From assembly GCA_000934665.2 (NCBI GenBank), contig JYFJ02000400.1:62001-126000 (forward strand): a stretch of DNA of 64,000 nucleotides, read 5' to 3'. Within the stretch, counting starts at the first letter, position 1, and each line of letters begins with the position of its first letter. Source of the DNA: Catajapyx aquilonaris (Eukaryota). The translations under genes were made by a program, and so were the position numbers. Below, piece after piece: positions 12,801 through 27,800 of the stretch. The notes beneath the pieces were generated by a model, which made no database searches, had not been told where the DNA came from, and saw only the letters and a list, made by a program, of their open reading frames with translations.

Positions 12801-15800
12801 AGAATCTTAAGGCAGATGTGTTACCAGAGACAAAGACAGCGCAGGTTGATTATTCTGAAGGAATCACCAGCGTCACGGTCATGGAAGTGACTCTGGATGA
12901 TAAGGAAGCTCCTTATGTCACACCTGAGGTTGCTCAAGGCGTGGCCATACCTGATGTGTTAGAACAAGAGACGGCGGTTCAGGCCGTGGTCGTCGCTGAC
13001 ATCAGCACTGGAGAAGTGTCGCAAGAATCTCCAAAAACAAAGCGAGCCAAAGTCCAACGTGATATTTTAGAAGAGCTGATTCGCACCGAGTCTGACGTAG
13101 GCGAAACAGAAGGGTTGTTCACTGAGCGCATAAAGCCAGATGCAAAGACGGCAGAAGTGGCCGTTGACGAAATCCAAGTACTTGACATCACGCAAGTAAC
13201 TACAGGAATTAAGGAGACGGAGTATGTCTCACCAGTACGTCCAGAAAATGTGACTGCGGACGCTGACATAACAGGGCTTGAATCGGTTGTGATATCCGAA
13301 GTGGTGTCAGATTTTCAATTAGGTGACGTCAGCCGAGAGTCGCCAGTTAGAGAACGGGCCGTGTCTAGACAGGACGGCTTGGAGACTTCCGTGACTACAG
13401 AGACCGGTACCGGTGAAGTCGAAGGCGAATTTAAGCAGGACGTGAAGCCAGACTCGAAGACGGCTGGCGTCGAATTTGTGGAGGAATCTGGCCTCAGCGT
13501 GGTTGAGGTCACCACTCAGGACAAGGAAGGCGAATATTTAGCCACAAAAGCACCTGAAGGAGTTGTGGCCACTCCTGAAGTAACTAGCCATGAAGCCACG
13601 GTTCAATCCGAAGTTGTCGCAGGTGTTGGTATTGGTCGGATTGACGACCACATTGTTGAGACTGGTCATGCCAAGCCGGAACATGGCGTTTGCGAAGGGT
13701 TGATCCAAACTCAGGCAACTTTAGCTGAAAAGGAAGGTCAAGTTGAGGCCCTTCTGATGCCCGATTCTAAGACTGCAGGTGTTGAGTATGAAGAAGGAAC
13801 TACAGTGACAATCCTGCAGGTAACCCCAGAGGATAAGGAAGGCACGTTTGTGCAAGCAGCAAAACTAGAAGAGACAGCCGCATATGGTGACATATCTGGT
13901 CAGGAAGTGGCAGTCAAATCGGACGTGGTCACTCAGATATCGTTGGGTGACCTGCCTCGTGACATGCCTGAAACAACTCAAGCATTGGCAACACATGGGA
14001 CACATCATGCTGTGTTTACGACCGAAGTTTCGTCTGCAGATAAGGAGAGTGTGTTTGACAGCACTGTTCAGCCATCCGGAAAGAGTGCTGAAATTGGGTT
14101 TGAAGAAGGAGTGATCGGAGTGTCAGTGATGCAAGTGACACCAGAGGACAAAGAGGCTGTTTACTCTCCTGATCAACCTGAGCGGAAGGAAGCGAGCATG
14201 CAGGTTTCTGAACAGATTGTGGCTGTTCAGAGCCAGGTAGTGACGGACATAGGAATGGGTTTGGTGACACAAGAAGCACCCAAAACTAGGAGGGCCAAAC
14301 CTGAACAGGACACGGTTGAAGGGATCATAACTACCGAAGCGACTGTTGCTGAGAATGAAAACGAGTTTGTAGACACGTTCAAGCCGGTGACACAGCAAGC
14401 TGAGCTGGACATGACCCAGGACACTGGAGTCATTGTCACTTCAGTGACGACAGAGGAAAAGGAGTCAACCTATGTGGCACCTGAAGCACCGACTGAACAA
14501 GTGGCCCATCCTGAAGTGTTGGATCAGACAATTGCGCTCACTACCGAAACTATAGCCAATATTAGCGTCGGTGACGTCGCTAAAATAGTACCGTCCTCAG
14601 CACATGCAAAGCCTCAGCAGGAAGCATTTGACGAGCTGGTTCAGACGGTCGCTACAATAGGCGAGTCTGAAGGAGAGTTTGTGAGAGGTGCCAAACCTGA
14701 TGCTAAGCTGGCTCAGGTGCGGTACCAGGAAGTGAAAGGTGTGGAAGTCACAGTAGTGACCGCTGAGGAAAGCCCGGGTAAGAAGTACGTGGCACCTGAA
14801 GTACCGAAAGGCAAGCGGGCAACATCAGACGTAACAGACGTGATGGAAGTTCCAATGAAATCTGAAATCGTTCCGGATGCGAGTCTGGGATCGATTGTCA
14901 CATCTGCTCCAACCACAGCCACAGCCGAAGCCACAGAGGAAGCTCTCCAAGCTCTAATTCAGACACAAGGTTTGGCTCACGAATCGGCTTCAGAATTCAC
15001 CGGAAAATTCGAGGCGACAACGACCAAAGCTGATGTCGACATCGAATCAGAGCAAGGAATTAGCGTGCTTCAGATAACTGCATCAGAAAAGGCGGCAGAG
15101 TACGAATCTATTGGCGAGATTGAAGGAAAGCACGCGTCGCCTGAGGTCATCCAGCAGGAAACGGCTTTGCAATCTGAGGTAGTTCCGCAGCTTCCGGTTG
15201 ACATGCTGGAAGAGAAGAGACCTGAGACCGAAACAGCGTGGATGAGCCAAGAAGGACTGCAGTCTGTAGTGACTGAAGTGATGTCAACTTCAGAACGAGA
15301 AGGCTCGTTCCAACCTGGAACCAGACCTGATGCAAAGAGCGCGACCGTCGCAATGGAAGATGTTAAGAGTATTACGTTGATTCAGGAAGTGACTGTCGAA
15401 GATAAGGAAGCCCCATATTCGGCTGAATCGCCTGAAGAAGCTTTGGCCACTCCATTAGTGTTGGAGAAAGAAATCGCGCTGCAATCTGAAGTCACTTTGC
15501 AGGCAACCACAGGGCAGTTGACCAAGGAAGAAGCTATTACAGCCCGTGCTAATTTAGATCAGGGAATTGTAGAAGGACTGATTCAGATGGAGGCGACTTT
15601 AGGAGAAGTGGAAGGAACATACACAGGTGACATAAGACCTGATGCTAAGAGTGCACGTACCCAATTCGAAGTTGAGAAGAGCATGACTGTGACCCAGGTT
15701 GTGGCAGAGGACAAAGAAACGGTGCTGTCTACCCATGATGTACCTGCTGCCAAAAAGGCGACCATGGACATATTGTCGGAACACGCTCTGGCTGTCAAAT

Positions 15801-18800
15801 CTCAGGTCATAACTGATGTGGGTCTGGAGGATATTCAGCACAAGCGACCAGAGTCGGTCAGGGTACATCCAGAGCATCAAACGAGGAGAGAGGTATTGAC
15901 ATCTGATAATGTGCTGCTGGAACGAGAGGCAGAACTTGAACTTGTGAAACTGCCTCAGACAACCACTGCTGAAACTGAGTTTGAACACAAACGAAGTGTC
16001 ATCGTGACACAGGTGACCACAGAGGACATTCCAGATTCTTATCAGCCACAGACACTTCCAGAGCAAAAGTCAGCCTTGCCTGTTCTATCGAGTCACGAGG
16101 TGCCGATACAGTCGATGGTCGTACCGGAATCGAATGTGCAACCTTTGATGAAAGAGGAGCCGAACAAGCTGCATGCAAAGCCTGAAAGTATAGCTCACGA
16201 AGGAATCATAATCACTGAAGCGACCGTGGACGAATCGGGTGGACCGCTAGTTGAGGAAGTAAAACCAGACAAGAAGAGTGCAGGCATTTTGTACGAAATG
16301 GGTCAGGGTGTGATGATTACAGAAGTAACATCCGAACACAAAGAGACGGAATTACAGCGAGAGGCGAGGCCAGCCAAGCAGATTGCTTCGATCGAAATGG
16401 AGCGAACAGAAACTGTCATCAAATCTGTGACTGTTCCCGAAATTATTGCAGGTCCTTTAGACGTGCAGTATCCAACAAAGGTGTTAGCAATATTTAGCCA
16501 TGAGGTCCAGGAGACTCCGGTTGTGGAAGAAGTAGATTTGCAGGAGAAGGAAGGTGTGTTTGTCCAAAAAGAGTTACCGGTAGGACCAACTGCTAACGTG
16601 GGGTTCCAGGTAGAAAATGTGGTTAGAGTTACTGAGATTCAGGTAGGCGACACTGAGGACTTGTTAGAGACGGCTGTGGTTCCAAAATCTCAAAGAGCTC
16701 ACCCAACCGTGGCCGAACACAGGGCTCCGATAACTGAGGAGGTAACTTATGGTGTGGTTGAGGATATGTTTAAGAAACCATTGGCTACACCCGTTAGAAA
16801 AGCCCAGGCCTTGGAAGAAGCCCATCAGAGGGAAAAAGTGGTTATAACAACACACAAGATACACGAAGGCACCTCAGAGTTAATCCAAGAGGTGCAAGAA
16901 ACCAGAACAGACATCGAGGAACAGATCACTGAAGGTGAGTCACTCCACAATTCACACAACATGCTGGAGTCGCACCAACTTCAACAGTCGTGGTATACTG
17001 AACCTGTGGCTGAGGTCAAACCAGAATTCATACAGTATTCTCAGAGGTACTTGTCACAACCATGCAGTACAGTGACTATTTTGCATAAACCAGAACCCAA
17101 TTACCAGACACCAGCCACAGTCACACACTCACTGGTTGAGCAAACACAAGTTATTATTTCAGAAACAACACGAGAACTCCCACAACCCACGCCAGAGAAA
17201 CCCACTGAGGTCCAACCCGTGGTGGAGATGCCTGAAGAAGAAGAAGAAGAAGAGGTAGACAGAACGGTAACAAAGAAAAAGAGGACGAGACACAAGGTAC
17301 AGAAAGTCCCTTCAGAGGAGGAGGAGGAGGACATTGAGGTTCAGCAGGTAGTAACCACGCAAACTCTGGGGCAACTGAAAAAGCCAAAGAAAGACACAAT
17401 AGTGAAAAAGGTTACAGAGGAAGAAATCGAGGAGAAGGAGGTGGAAGATAAGGAGAAGGGCATCTTTGATGTTACCCTCAAAGCTAGAAAGAAGCCAAAG
17501 GAAGAGGAGAAGGAAATTTTCAAAACATCTGAACTCAAAGTTGAGAAGAGAGTTAGAGGCAGACAGGACATCCGGGTAGAAAGAGACGTCAAGGAACGCA
17601 CGGAAGAGTTCCTGAAAATCGAAGAAGTGGCCCCAGAAACGGAGGAAACCGTGGTTGAAAAGGTGACAATAGAGGAGATTCCCGAAGTGGAGGAAGGACC
17701 CGAGCGTCCTGAAGACAAGAAGGGACCTTACGTGGAAATTGTTGAAATGCCGGAGGAAGTAGAGGAGCAAGAGATTGTGGTGGATGGCAGAGTTGTCAAA
17801 AAGCGGATAGTCAAGAAAGTACTGAGAAAGAAAATTGTCATCCCTGAAAGAAAGCCCGAGGAAGGCATGATAGTCACGGAAGAAATTGTAGAGAGAGAAG
17901 CTCTTCTTCCTGCCGTCAGAGCGAAAGAATTGTCACCTGAGCATATCACAATCACCGAGGTTGAAACGCACGAAATTAAACCCAAAACGGAGGAAATCAG
18001 GGAGGAAGAGACGATTGTAGTCACCGACAATGAACAGAAACAGCAGGTTGAAACTGTTGAGGTCGTGGAGACCATCACTAAAAAGGTAAGGAAGCCTGAA
18101 AAGGAAGTTGAAGAGGAAGAAGAGGAGGAAGAGGAAATCATTAAGAAGCGCCGAATGAAGAAACTGAAGAAGCTTCAGGCTACTCCTAGCCAAGAAGAAA
18201 CAGAGGTGGAGGAAGTGAAGCCTCTGAAGATCAGGAAACCTGTAACGGAACAGGCAACTCGCGTTCAGCCTCAGCTTGAACCAGTGACTGTAGAGGAAAT
18301 CATGGAGGAACAAGATCTTGGTCGCGTGTCGGCTGTGAAAGCGTCTGAAGTGACAAGCAGACGCGTCAGCATCTTCTCACAGCAGTCTTTAACTGTTGCA
18401 GATATCACAGCACAGCAGGTGGCTGAAGAAATGTCTGTTCCAAGCAAGCCGAAAGAGACTCGTGCGGCTGTAGCTGTTGGTGAAGTGCAAGGAGTGGCCG
18501 TCGAGGAAAGATCGTCGGAGATGATGCCCGTGGGATTCACGGGAGCACCAGTTTTCATCGGAGAACAAGCCAAGACCCAAGTTGTCACACAGGACACACT
18601 TACCGTCAGCGAAGTGAGGTCAGAGGTTAAAGAAGAGGAGTACTCTGAGACGAAGCCTAAGGAAGTGACCGCTTCTCCAGCTGTAATGCCCGTCGAGTCT
18701 GTCAGCATCAGCGAAGTTCAGACTGACGTCAAGGAAGGCGAGTACCACAAGGGCTGGAAACCGACCAGTATGATTGCTGAAACGGCTGTGGAGCAACGTG

Positions 18801-21800
18801 AGTCGCTCACAGTCACAGAAGAATTCGTGGGCCAGAAGGAAGAGGAATACAAGCCAGGAGACAAGCCTAAAGGTGCAACTGCAGGAATGACCATACTGGA
18901 GCAGGAGTCCATGACTGTCAGCGAGATCATCACCGATGGCAAGGCTGATGAAGTCAAGCCTGGAGAGAAACCGTTCAGAGGTGTCCAGGCGAAAATGAAG
19001 ATCCCTGAGCAGGAACCAGTCAGCGTGAGTGAAGTCATTGTGGAGCAGAAGGAGGAGGATTACAAGCCTGGAGGCACCCTGGGAGTACAGGCCAATCGCA
19101 GGCTTTCCCAGCTACAGACACTGACCGTGAGCGAGGTAGTGGCCGGACACCATGCTGGAGACTATAAGGTTGGAGACAAATTTGAGGAGTTCCAGGCAGA
19201 GGTGGCCCTATCCGAGCAGCGAACAATATCAATCAGCCAAGTCACAGCAGCTCAGAAGGAAGGCGAATACCTTCCAGAAGACAAGCCAAAAGGTTACCAA
19301 GCCGATGTGACCATACCAGAACAGGAACCTGTAACAGTGAGCGAGCTGTTTGTGGAGCAGAAGGAGAAGGATTACAAGCCTGGAGACAAGTTTGACTCCT
19401 ACCAAGCATCCCTGACTATCAAGGAGCAAGAGACGATCAGTGTGGGAGAAGTCATGATCCAACAGAAGGAAGAGGAGTATCAGCCGGGTGACAAACCCAA
19501 AGGATTTCAAGCGGACGTCACTATACCAGAGCAAGAAAGTACAATTGTGCGAGAAGTCATCGCACAGCACAAGGAAGGCGATTACAAGCCAGGAGACAAA
19601 ATCAAGGGCTTCCAGGCTGACGTCATCGTTAACGAACAGCAGACGATATTGGTGCGTGAGGTCACCGTAGGACAGAAAGAAGGCGAATACAAACTTGGTG
19701 ACAAGCCTGAAGGAGTCAAGGCAGAGTTCTCTTACCCTGAGCAGGAGTCGTTCACTGTAAGCGAGATATACCCGGATCTGAAAGAAACAGAGTACAAACC
19801 TGGAGACATACCCAAAGGAATGCAAGCCGAGATGACCGTCAGCACGCAGCAGACTCTGTCCATCAAGGAAGTGGTGGCAGAGCAGAAGGAAAGCGAATAC
19901 ACACCCGGCGATATCCTTAAAGGTTTCCAAGCAGACGTGACAATCCCTGAGCAAGAAGGTGTCACTGTTAGCGAGATAATCACAGACGTGAAGGAAGGGA
20001 CGTACAAGCCTGGTGACATGCCTCACGGATTCCAGGCTGCGGTCGGAGTGAACGAACAAGTCACGATGTCTGTCAGGGAAATTGTGCTGGATCAGAAGGA
20101 AGGCGAATACGTTCCTGGTGTTCTCCCACAAGGATTCCACGCTCAACTCGCAATTCCTCAGCAGGAGACAGTCTCAGTTGGTGAGATTGTAGCACCTCAG
20201 AGAGAAGGCGAGTACAAGCCTGGAGACATGCCTAAGGGCTTCCAGGCAGCTGTGGGAGTCAACGAACAGACATCGTTCAGCATCAGGGAAGTGGTGCTAG
20301 ACCAGAAGGAAGGAGAGTACAAACCTGGCGATAAGCCACGTAGCTTCCAGGCGAAACTCACTATTCCTGGACAAGAAAGCATTTCCATCAGGGAAATCAA
20401 CGCTCCTCAAATAGAAGGGGAACTAATAGCTGGACACATCCCAGAAGCCCTCCAGGCCGATGTGGCTGTGAATGAGCAGCTAACCTTGATAATACGTGAA
20501 ATCCAACTTGGCCTCAGAGAAGGAGAGTACGTTCCAGGCGAAGTTCCGTCTCAAGTCACGGCAGACTTCTCAGTTCCAGAGCAAGAGTCGATCAATGTGA
20601 GCGAAATCATTTCTGAGCTGAAAGAGGGCGAATACAAGCCTGGAGAAATGCCTAAAGGATTCCAGGCCGACGTGGGAGTTAATGAGCAGCAAACAATTTC
20701 TGTGGGTGAAGTTATATCGGATCTGAAGGAAGGCGAGTACAAGCCTGGAGCCATGCCTAGAGGACTTCAGGCTGAAGTGACCGTCCCAAGCCAGGAGGGT
20801 ATTTCCATAGGCGAAATGGTCCTTCCGCAGAAGGAAGGTGACTTCAAAGCTGAAGAGATGCCTAAGGCATTGCAGGCCGATGTGGCTGTGAATGAGCAGC
20901 AATCGTTCACCGTCAGAGAGGTGGTGACTGATCAGAAGGAAGGCGAGTACCACCCTGGTGAAGCTCCTCAGGGAATTAAGGCCGATGTGTCCGTACCAGA
21001 ACAAGAATCGTTCAGCGTACGGGAAGTGATAATCGAGCAGAAGGAGAGCGAGTACAAGCCTGGAAGCATGCCAAAAGGATTCCAAGCCGATGTGGTGGTG
21101 CCTGGACAGGAAACCATATCCATCAGAGAAATCAACGCGCCGCTGAAGGAAGGAGAGTACAAGCCAGATGAGATGCCAAAGGCCTTCCAGGCAGAAGTCG
21201 GTGTCAATGAGCAGTTGACCATCATGGTACGAGAAGTCGTCCTGGACCAAAAGGAAGGAGAGTACAAACCTGGAGAAATGCCCAAGGGCTTCCAGGCCCA
21301 GGTGACAGTTCCGGAGCAAGAGACTGTTTCCGTTGGCGAAATACACGCCCAACAGAAGGAAGGGGAGTACCAGCCTGGCGAAATGCCAAAAGGAGTTCAG
21401 GCAGAGGTCGGAGTTAACGAGCAGCTGACAGTGAGTGTCAGGGAAGTGGTTTTGGACCAGAAGGAAGGAGAATACGTGTGTGGCGAGATGCCAAAGGGAT
21501 ATCAGGCTGAGGTGACAATACCTGAGCAGGAGACAATCACTGTGGGTGAAGTGATGACACAGATGAAGGAAGGGGAATACATGCCTGGAGAAATGCCTAA
21601 AGGAGTCATGGCTGAAGTGGGCATCAGCGAACAAGAAACAGTGACTGTTGGAGAGGTCGTGTTTGACCAGAAGGAAGGAGAGATTCCGCCCGATAGATTC
21701 CCCAGAGTGTTGCAGGCAGACAGCAGTGTTCCCGGATATGAGACAATCACTGTCGAGGAATACATTGCTCCTCTGAAAGAAGGAGAGGTTCAATTGGAAC

Positions 21801-24800
21801 GAATGCCACGGTCGTTCCAGGCACGTATCGGTGTCAATCCACAAAAAACAGTTTCGATCAGGGACGCAATGCCCGAAGACGAACGCGAAGGTGAGTATGT
21901 GGCAGGAGAATGGAAACCTGAACCATACCACGCACTTGTCAGTATGTCCGCACAAGAAACAATCAGCGTCACCGAGACAGTCATACAACAGAAGGAGGGC
22001 GACTATACAACAGAATGGAGACCAAAAAGCGCACTAGCAGAAATGACAATCCCACAACAGGAAACAGTAACCGTAGGAGAAATTGTGACAGAACACAAGG
22101 AAGGCACATACACACCGGGAGACGTACCAAAGGGCGTTCGGGCCGACATCACAATCCCAGAACAAGAGACCGTGACCGTCTGCGAAGTTGTCACAGAGCA
22201 GAAGGAAGGGGAATACAAGGCTGGGGACAAAATGCCAGGTTTCCAGGCAGATGTTTTCATTCCAGAACGAGAGACTCTTACTGTCAGCGAAATCATCCTG
22301 GACGACAAGGAGGGGCTCTACAAACCAGGGGATAGGCCAAAGAGCGCGATGGCTGCTGTCACATTCCCAGAACAGCAGACATTTTCCATTGGGGAGGTCG
22401 TCGCGGAGCAGAATACTGGCGAATACCGGCCCGGAGACAAACCCAAGGGCTTCCAGGCCTCTGTCAACATTCCACAACAACAAACACTCACCGTCATTGA
22501 AACAGTTGCGGAGCAGAGGGAAGGCGAGTACAATCCCGGCGACATACCCAAGGGATACCAGGCAGCAGTCACACTCAAAGAACAAGAAACCATATCGGTC
22601 AGGGAGGTGGTCACGGAGCAGAAGGAGGAAGACTACGCACCCGGTGACAAACCAAAAGACTTCCACGCCGAAATCACCATACCCGAACTAGAGACAATCA
22701 ATGTGAGCATGATCATTACCGAACAGAAGGAGGGCGACTACAGACCAGGCGACAAGCCAAAAGGTTACCAAGCAGACGTGGGGATAAACGAGCAGCAGAC
22801 CATATCCATCCGGGAAGTCATTATCGAACAGAAGGAAGTGGAATACAAGCCTGGCGATAAACCCAAGGGATTGCGGGCGGGCGTCACCATACCCGAGAAG
22901 GAGTCACTCAACATAAGCGAGATCATTGCAGAACTGAAGGAAGGCGAATACAAGGCTGGGGACAAACCCAAGGGCTATCAGGCTAACGTGGGGATAAACG
23001 AGCTGGAAACATTCTCCATCAGACAAGTGCTGATAGAGCAGAAGGAAGGCGAGTACAAGGCGGGAGACAAACCCATGGGATACACTGCAGAACTGACCAT
23101 ACCAGAGAAAGAGACACTCACCATCAGCGAAATCATTGCCGAACTGAAGGAAGGGGAATACAAACCAGGCGACAAACCAAAGGGTTACCAGGCCGAAGTG
23201 GCAGTAAACGAACAGCAAACAATCAGCATACGAGAGGTTGTCACAGAACAGAAAGAGGGCGAGTACAGACCAGGAGACAAACCCAAGGGATACCAGGCAG
23301 CCATGACCATACCAGAACAAGAAACAATCAGTATTAGCGAGGTCATTGCCGATCAGAAGGAAGAGGAATACCAGGCAGGGTGGAAGCCGCAAGGCTTCCA
23401 GGCCGAGGTGACAATACCACAGCGCGAGACCATAAGCGTTGGCGAAGTAGTGGCCGAGCAAAGAGGCGATGATTACCAGCCTGGAGACAAACCGAAAGAG
23501 TACCAGGCCTCAATGACCGTGAACGAGCAACAAACAGTTTCGGTTCGTGAGGTCATGGTCGAGCAGAAGGAGGGGGAGTACAAGCCTGGAGACAAGATTA
23601 AGGGCTACCAGGCAGCTGTTACTATTCCAGAGCAAGAGACGTTCACCGTGTGCGAGGTGACGTCTGAGGACAGGGAGGGCCTGTACAAGCCGGAGAAGCC
23701 GCAGAGTCGCCGTGCATCGGTGACAGTGAGCGAGCAGCAGCCACTCAGCGTCAGAGAGGTTGTCACTGAGCAGAAAGAAGGTGAGTACCAACCGGGGGAC
23801 ACGCCAAAAGATTACAAAGCAGACGTCAGCATCCCAGAACAAGAAACCCTCACAGTCAGTGAGATTGTCACAGAACAGAAGGAGGGCGAATACAAACCTG
23901 GAGACGCACCCAAGGGATACCAGGCAGATGTGCAGATTGACGCACAGACAACAGTCACAATCAGGGAGGTAGTCACAGAACAAAAGGAAGGGGAATACAA
24001 ACCTGAGGACACACCCAAAGGATACCAAGCAGCCATGACTATACCAGAACAGGAAACAATCAGCATTCGCGAGGTCGTTACACAGCAGAAGGAGGGAGAG
24101 TACACCCCTGGGGACAGACCAAAAGAATACAACGCTGACGTCACAATAGACGAACGAGAAACAGTCACTGTGGGGCAGATTGTCACACAAAACAAGGAGG
24201 GCGAATACACTCCTGGCGACAAACCCAAACAGTACACCGCAGACGTCACAATACCAGAGCGCGAAACAATCACAGTCAGTGAGGTGGTGACACAACAAAA
24301 GGAATCCGAATACACACCCGAAGACAAACCAAAGGCACTCCTAGCCGACGTGACTATTGACGAGAGGGAGGCAGCTTCAGTGCGACAGGTCATGTTGGGT
24401 CACAAGGAAGGGGAGTACACACCCGGGGACAAACCCAAAGAGTACCAGGCAGAAATAGCTATTGACGAGCAGGAGACCGTCAGCGTTCGCGAGGTGATCC
24501 CGCAGCAAAAGGAAGGCGAGTACCACGCAGAGGAGAAGCCAAAGGGATACCAGGCCGGAATGACCATTGACGAACAGGAAACATTGACTGTGGGAGAAGT
24601 GGTCACGGAAAACAAGACGGAGGAGTACACTCCTGGAGACAAACCGAAGGAGTATCAGGCCGAGGTGACCGTTCGTGAACAGGAGACTGCGACTGTGAGA
24701 CAGGTAGTAACAACGCTGAAGGAAGGTGAATACCACCCAGAGGACGCTCCTCAAGGCTACCAGGCAGGCGTGACGATAGACGAGCAGGAGACCATCAGCA

Positions 24801-27800
24801 TAAGAGAGGTTGTAACGGCTGATAAGACTGGAGAATACACGCCAGGCGACAAACCCAAAGAATATCAAGCAGAGGTGACAGTGCCAGAGCGTGAGACCGC
24901 AACAGTGGGGCAAGTCATCGCACCTGTGAAGGAAGGTGACTTCGTGCCTGAAGAAAAGGCCAAGGAGTACACAGCAGATGTCACACTGAACGAGCAAGAA
25001 ACCATCAGCGTACGAGAGGTGATGGTAGGACAGAAGGAAGGCGACTACCAGCCTGGCGATAAACCGAAGGAATATCAGGCTCTGGTGACCATCCCGGAGC
25101 AGGAAACTATCAGCGTCAGCCAAATAGTCACGGATCAGAAGGAAGGCGTTTACCGTCCAGAAGACAAACCTGCAGAGTTCCAGGCCAGTGTGACTGTGAA
25201 TGAACAGGCCAGCATTGATATCAGCGAGATTGTCGTCGATCATAGAGCAGGTGAATACAAGCCGACTGACAAGATACAGGAGTACACTGCAGGAGTCACA
25301 ATCCCAGAGCAGGAGACTATCAGCGTGAGCGAAGTGGTGACACAGCTCAAAGAGGGAGAGTACAAACCTGGTGACAAGCCTAAAGAGTACCAGGCTGACG
25401 TTAGCATCAGAGAAATCGAGACCATCAGTGTGAAGCAAGTAGTGACAGATCACAAGGAAGGTGAGTATACTAGCGGAGACAAGCCAAAGGAGTACCAGGC
25501 CGCGTGCACTATTCCGGAGCAGGAGCCGATCAGTGTCTGCGAAGTTGTGACAGACCAAAAAGAAGGCACTTACACACCCGGTGACAAGCCTAAGCATTAT
25601 TCGGCTGACGTGTCGATGAACGAGCAGGAGACAGCCATTGTCCGTGAAGTGGTGACAGACCTGAAAGAAGGCGAGTACGTTCCTGGAGAAAAGGCCAAGG
25701 AATACACTGCAGAATGTACAATCCCAGAACAGGAGACGATCAGCGTTGGCGAAACTGTTCCAGAACAGAGAGAGGGCGTGTATCGTCCTGGTGACAAGCC
25801 TAAGGAGATTCTAGCAGACGTGACTGTGAACGAGCAGGAAAGCATTACTGTCAGAGAAGTAGTGATAGATCACAAGGAAGGAGATTACCACCCAAGCGAC
25901 AGGCCCAAGGAGTACACAGCAGACATCACTATACCTGAGCATGAAACTACTGTTGTCAGCGAGATTGTCACTGATCACAAGGAAGGGATATACAGACGAG
26001 GAGACAAACCGAAGGAGTACCAAGCCGAATTGACGCTGAACGAACAGGAGTGCATTCACGTGAGAGAAGTGGTGACAGACCATAAGGAAGGCGAATACAA
26101 CCCAGAAGACAAACCGAAGGAGTATCAGGCAGACATGACGATTCCAGAGCTGGAAGGAGTTAGCATCAGCGAGATTGTAACAGACCAGAAAGAAGGGACG
26201 TATAGACCTGGAGACAAGCCCAAAGAATATCAAGCCGAACTGGCTGTCAACGAGCAAGTTCCTGTTTCTGTCAGGGAAGTGCACCTTGGACAGATGGAAG
26301 GAGAGTACACACCTGACGACAAGCCCACGGAAGTCCAGGCGTCCATGAGCATTCCTGAGCAGGAGACTGTCAGCGTTGCCGAAATTGTAACTGACCAGAA
26401 AGAAGGAGAGTACAGGCCATCTGAGAAGCCAAAGCAGTTCCAGGCCGATGTTAGCTTGAACGAGCAGGAAACCATATCGGTCAGAGAAGTAGTCATAGAC
26501 CAGAAGGAAGGAGAGTATATCCCTACAGATAAGCCTAAAGATTACAAGGCAGATGTGTCCATCCCTGAGCAGGAAACTGTTACGATCAGTGAAATCATCA
26601 CTGATTCTAGCACAGGAGTCTATCGTCCCGAGGAAAAACCGCAAGATCGTCAGGCCTTGGTGGCCATGATTGAGCAACAGACAGTTACGGTTGGACAGGT
26701 GGTGCCTGAACACAAGGAGAGCGAGTGTGTACCGGAGGAGAGGCCTGCGAGTGTGCTCGCAGAAGTCACTGTTCCTGGTCAAGACACTCTGACGGTCATT
26801 GAGATCAATTCGGAAGAGAAGGAAGTCGATTACAAAATTGGGGATAAATTCATAGGTTACAAGGCAGACATTGGATTTAATGAGGAGAAGTCGTTGACTG
26901 TCAGAGAGGTCATTGTGGAGCATAAGGAAGGGGAGTACCAACCTGGTGATAAGCCAGAGGGACATGCAGCGAGAAGGACAATCCCAGAGCAGGAGACTAT
27001 TACAGTCAGCGAGGTTGTTGCCGAACAAAAAGAGGGTGTGTATAAGCCTGGAGACGTGCCTAAAGGCTACCGTGCGGACATCACTATTCCGGAACAAGAG
27101 ACCGTCAGCATCGGAGAGGTTGTTGTGGACGTCAAAGAAGGCGACTACAGACCAGGAGACAAAGTGAAAGGTTACAAGGCATCTCCAGTTGTGCCAGAGA
27201 GGGAGACTTTCCTGGTGAGCGAGACGGTGGCTGAACAGAGAGAATCTGATTATGTTCCTGGCATGAAGCCTAAGGAGTACCAGGTGGATGTGTCCTTACG
27301 AGAACAAGAGACCGTTACTGTGAGTGAGGTGGTCGCAGAGCACAAGGAGGAGGAGTACACAGGGGATTTCAAACCCAAAGGCCAAAGGGCGTCCATCTCG
27401 CTGGGAGAAAAGGAGACACTGAGCATCCGTGAAATAGTGGCTGACGACAAGGAAGGAATTTACAGGCCTGGAGACCGACCAGAAGGCAAGACGGCGCTTG
27501 TTTCCTTGGGTGAAAGAGAAACGTTGTCTGTGAGGGAGACGGTGGTGCAGCACAAGGAAGGAGAACTTGAGTCAGAAGAGACGCCTAAGGACGAACGAGC
27601 AGGTGTGAGTATTCCAGAGCAGGAGACCATCACAATCAGCGAAGTAATCACAGATCAGAAGGAAGGAGTGTACAGACCAGGTGACAAACCTGTGGGATAC
27701 CAGGCGTCGGTGTCTATACCAGAGCGTGAAACAGTTGCGGTTAGCGAAGTTGTCACACAACATAAAGAGGGGGTTTACAAGCCTGGGGACACACCCAAAG

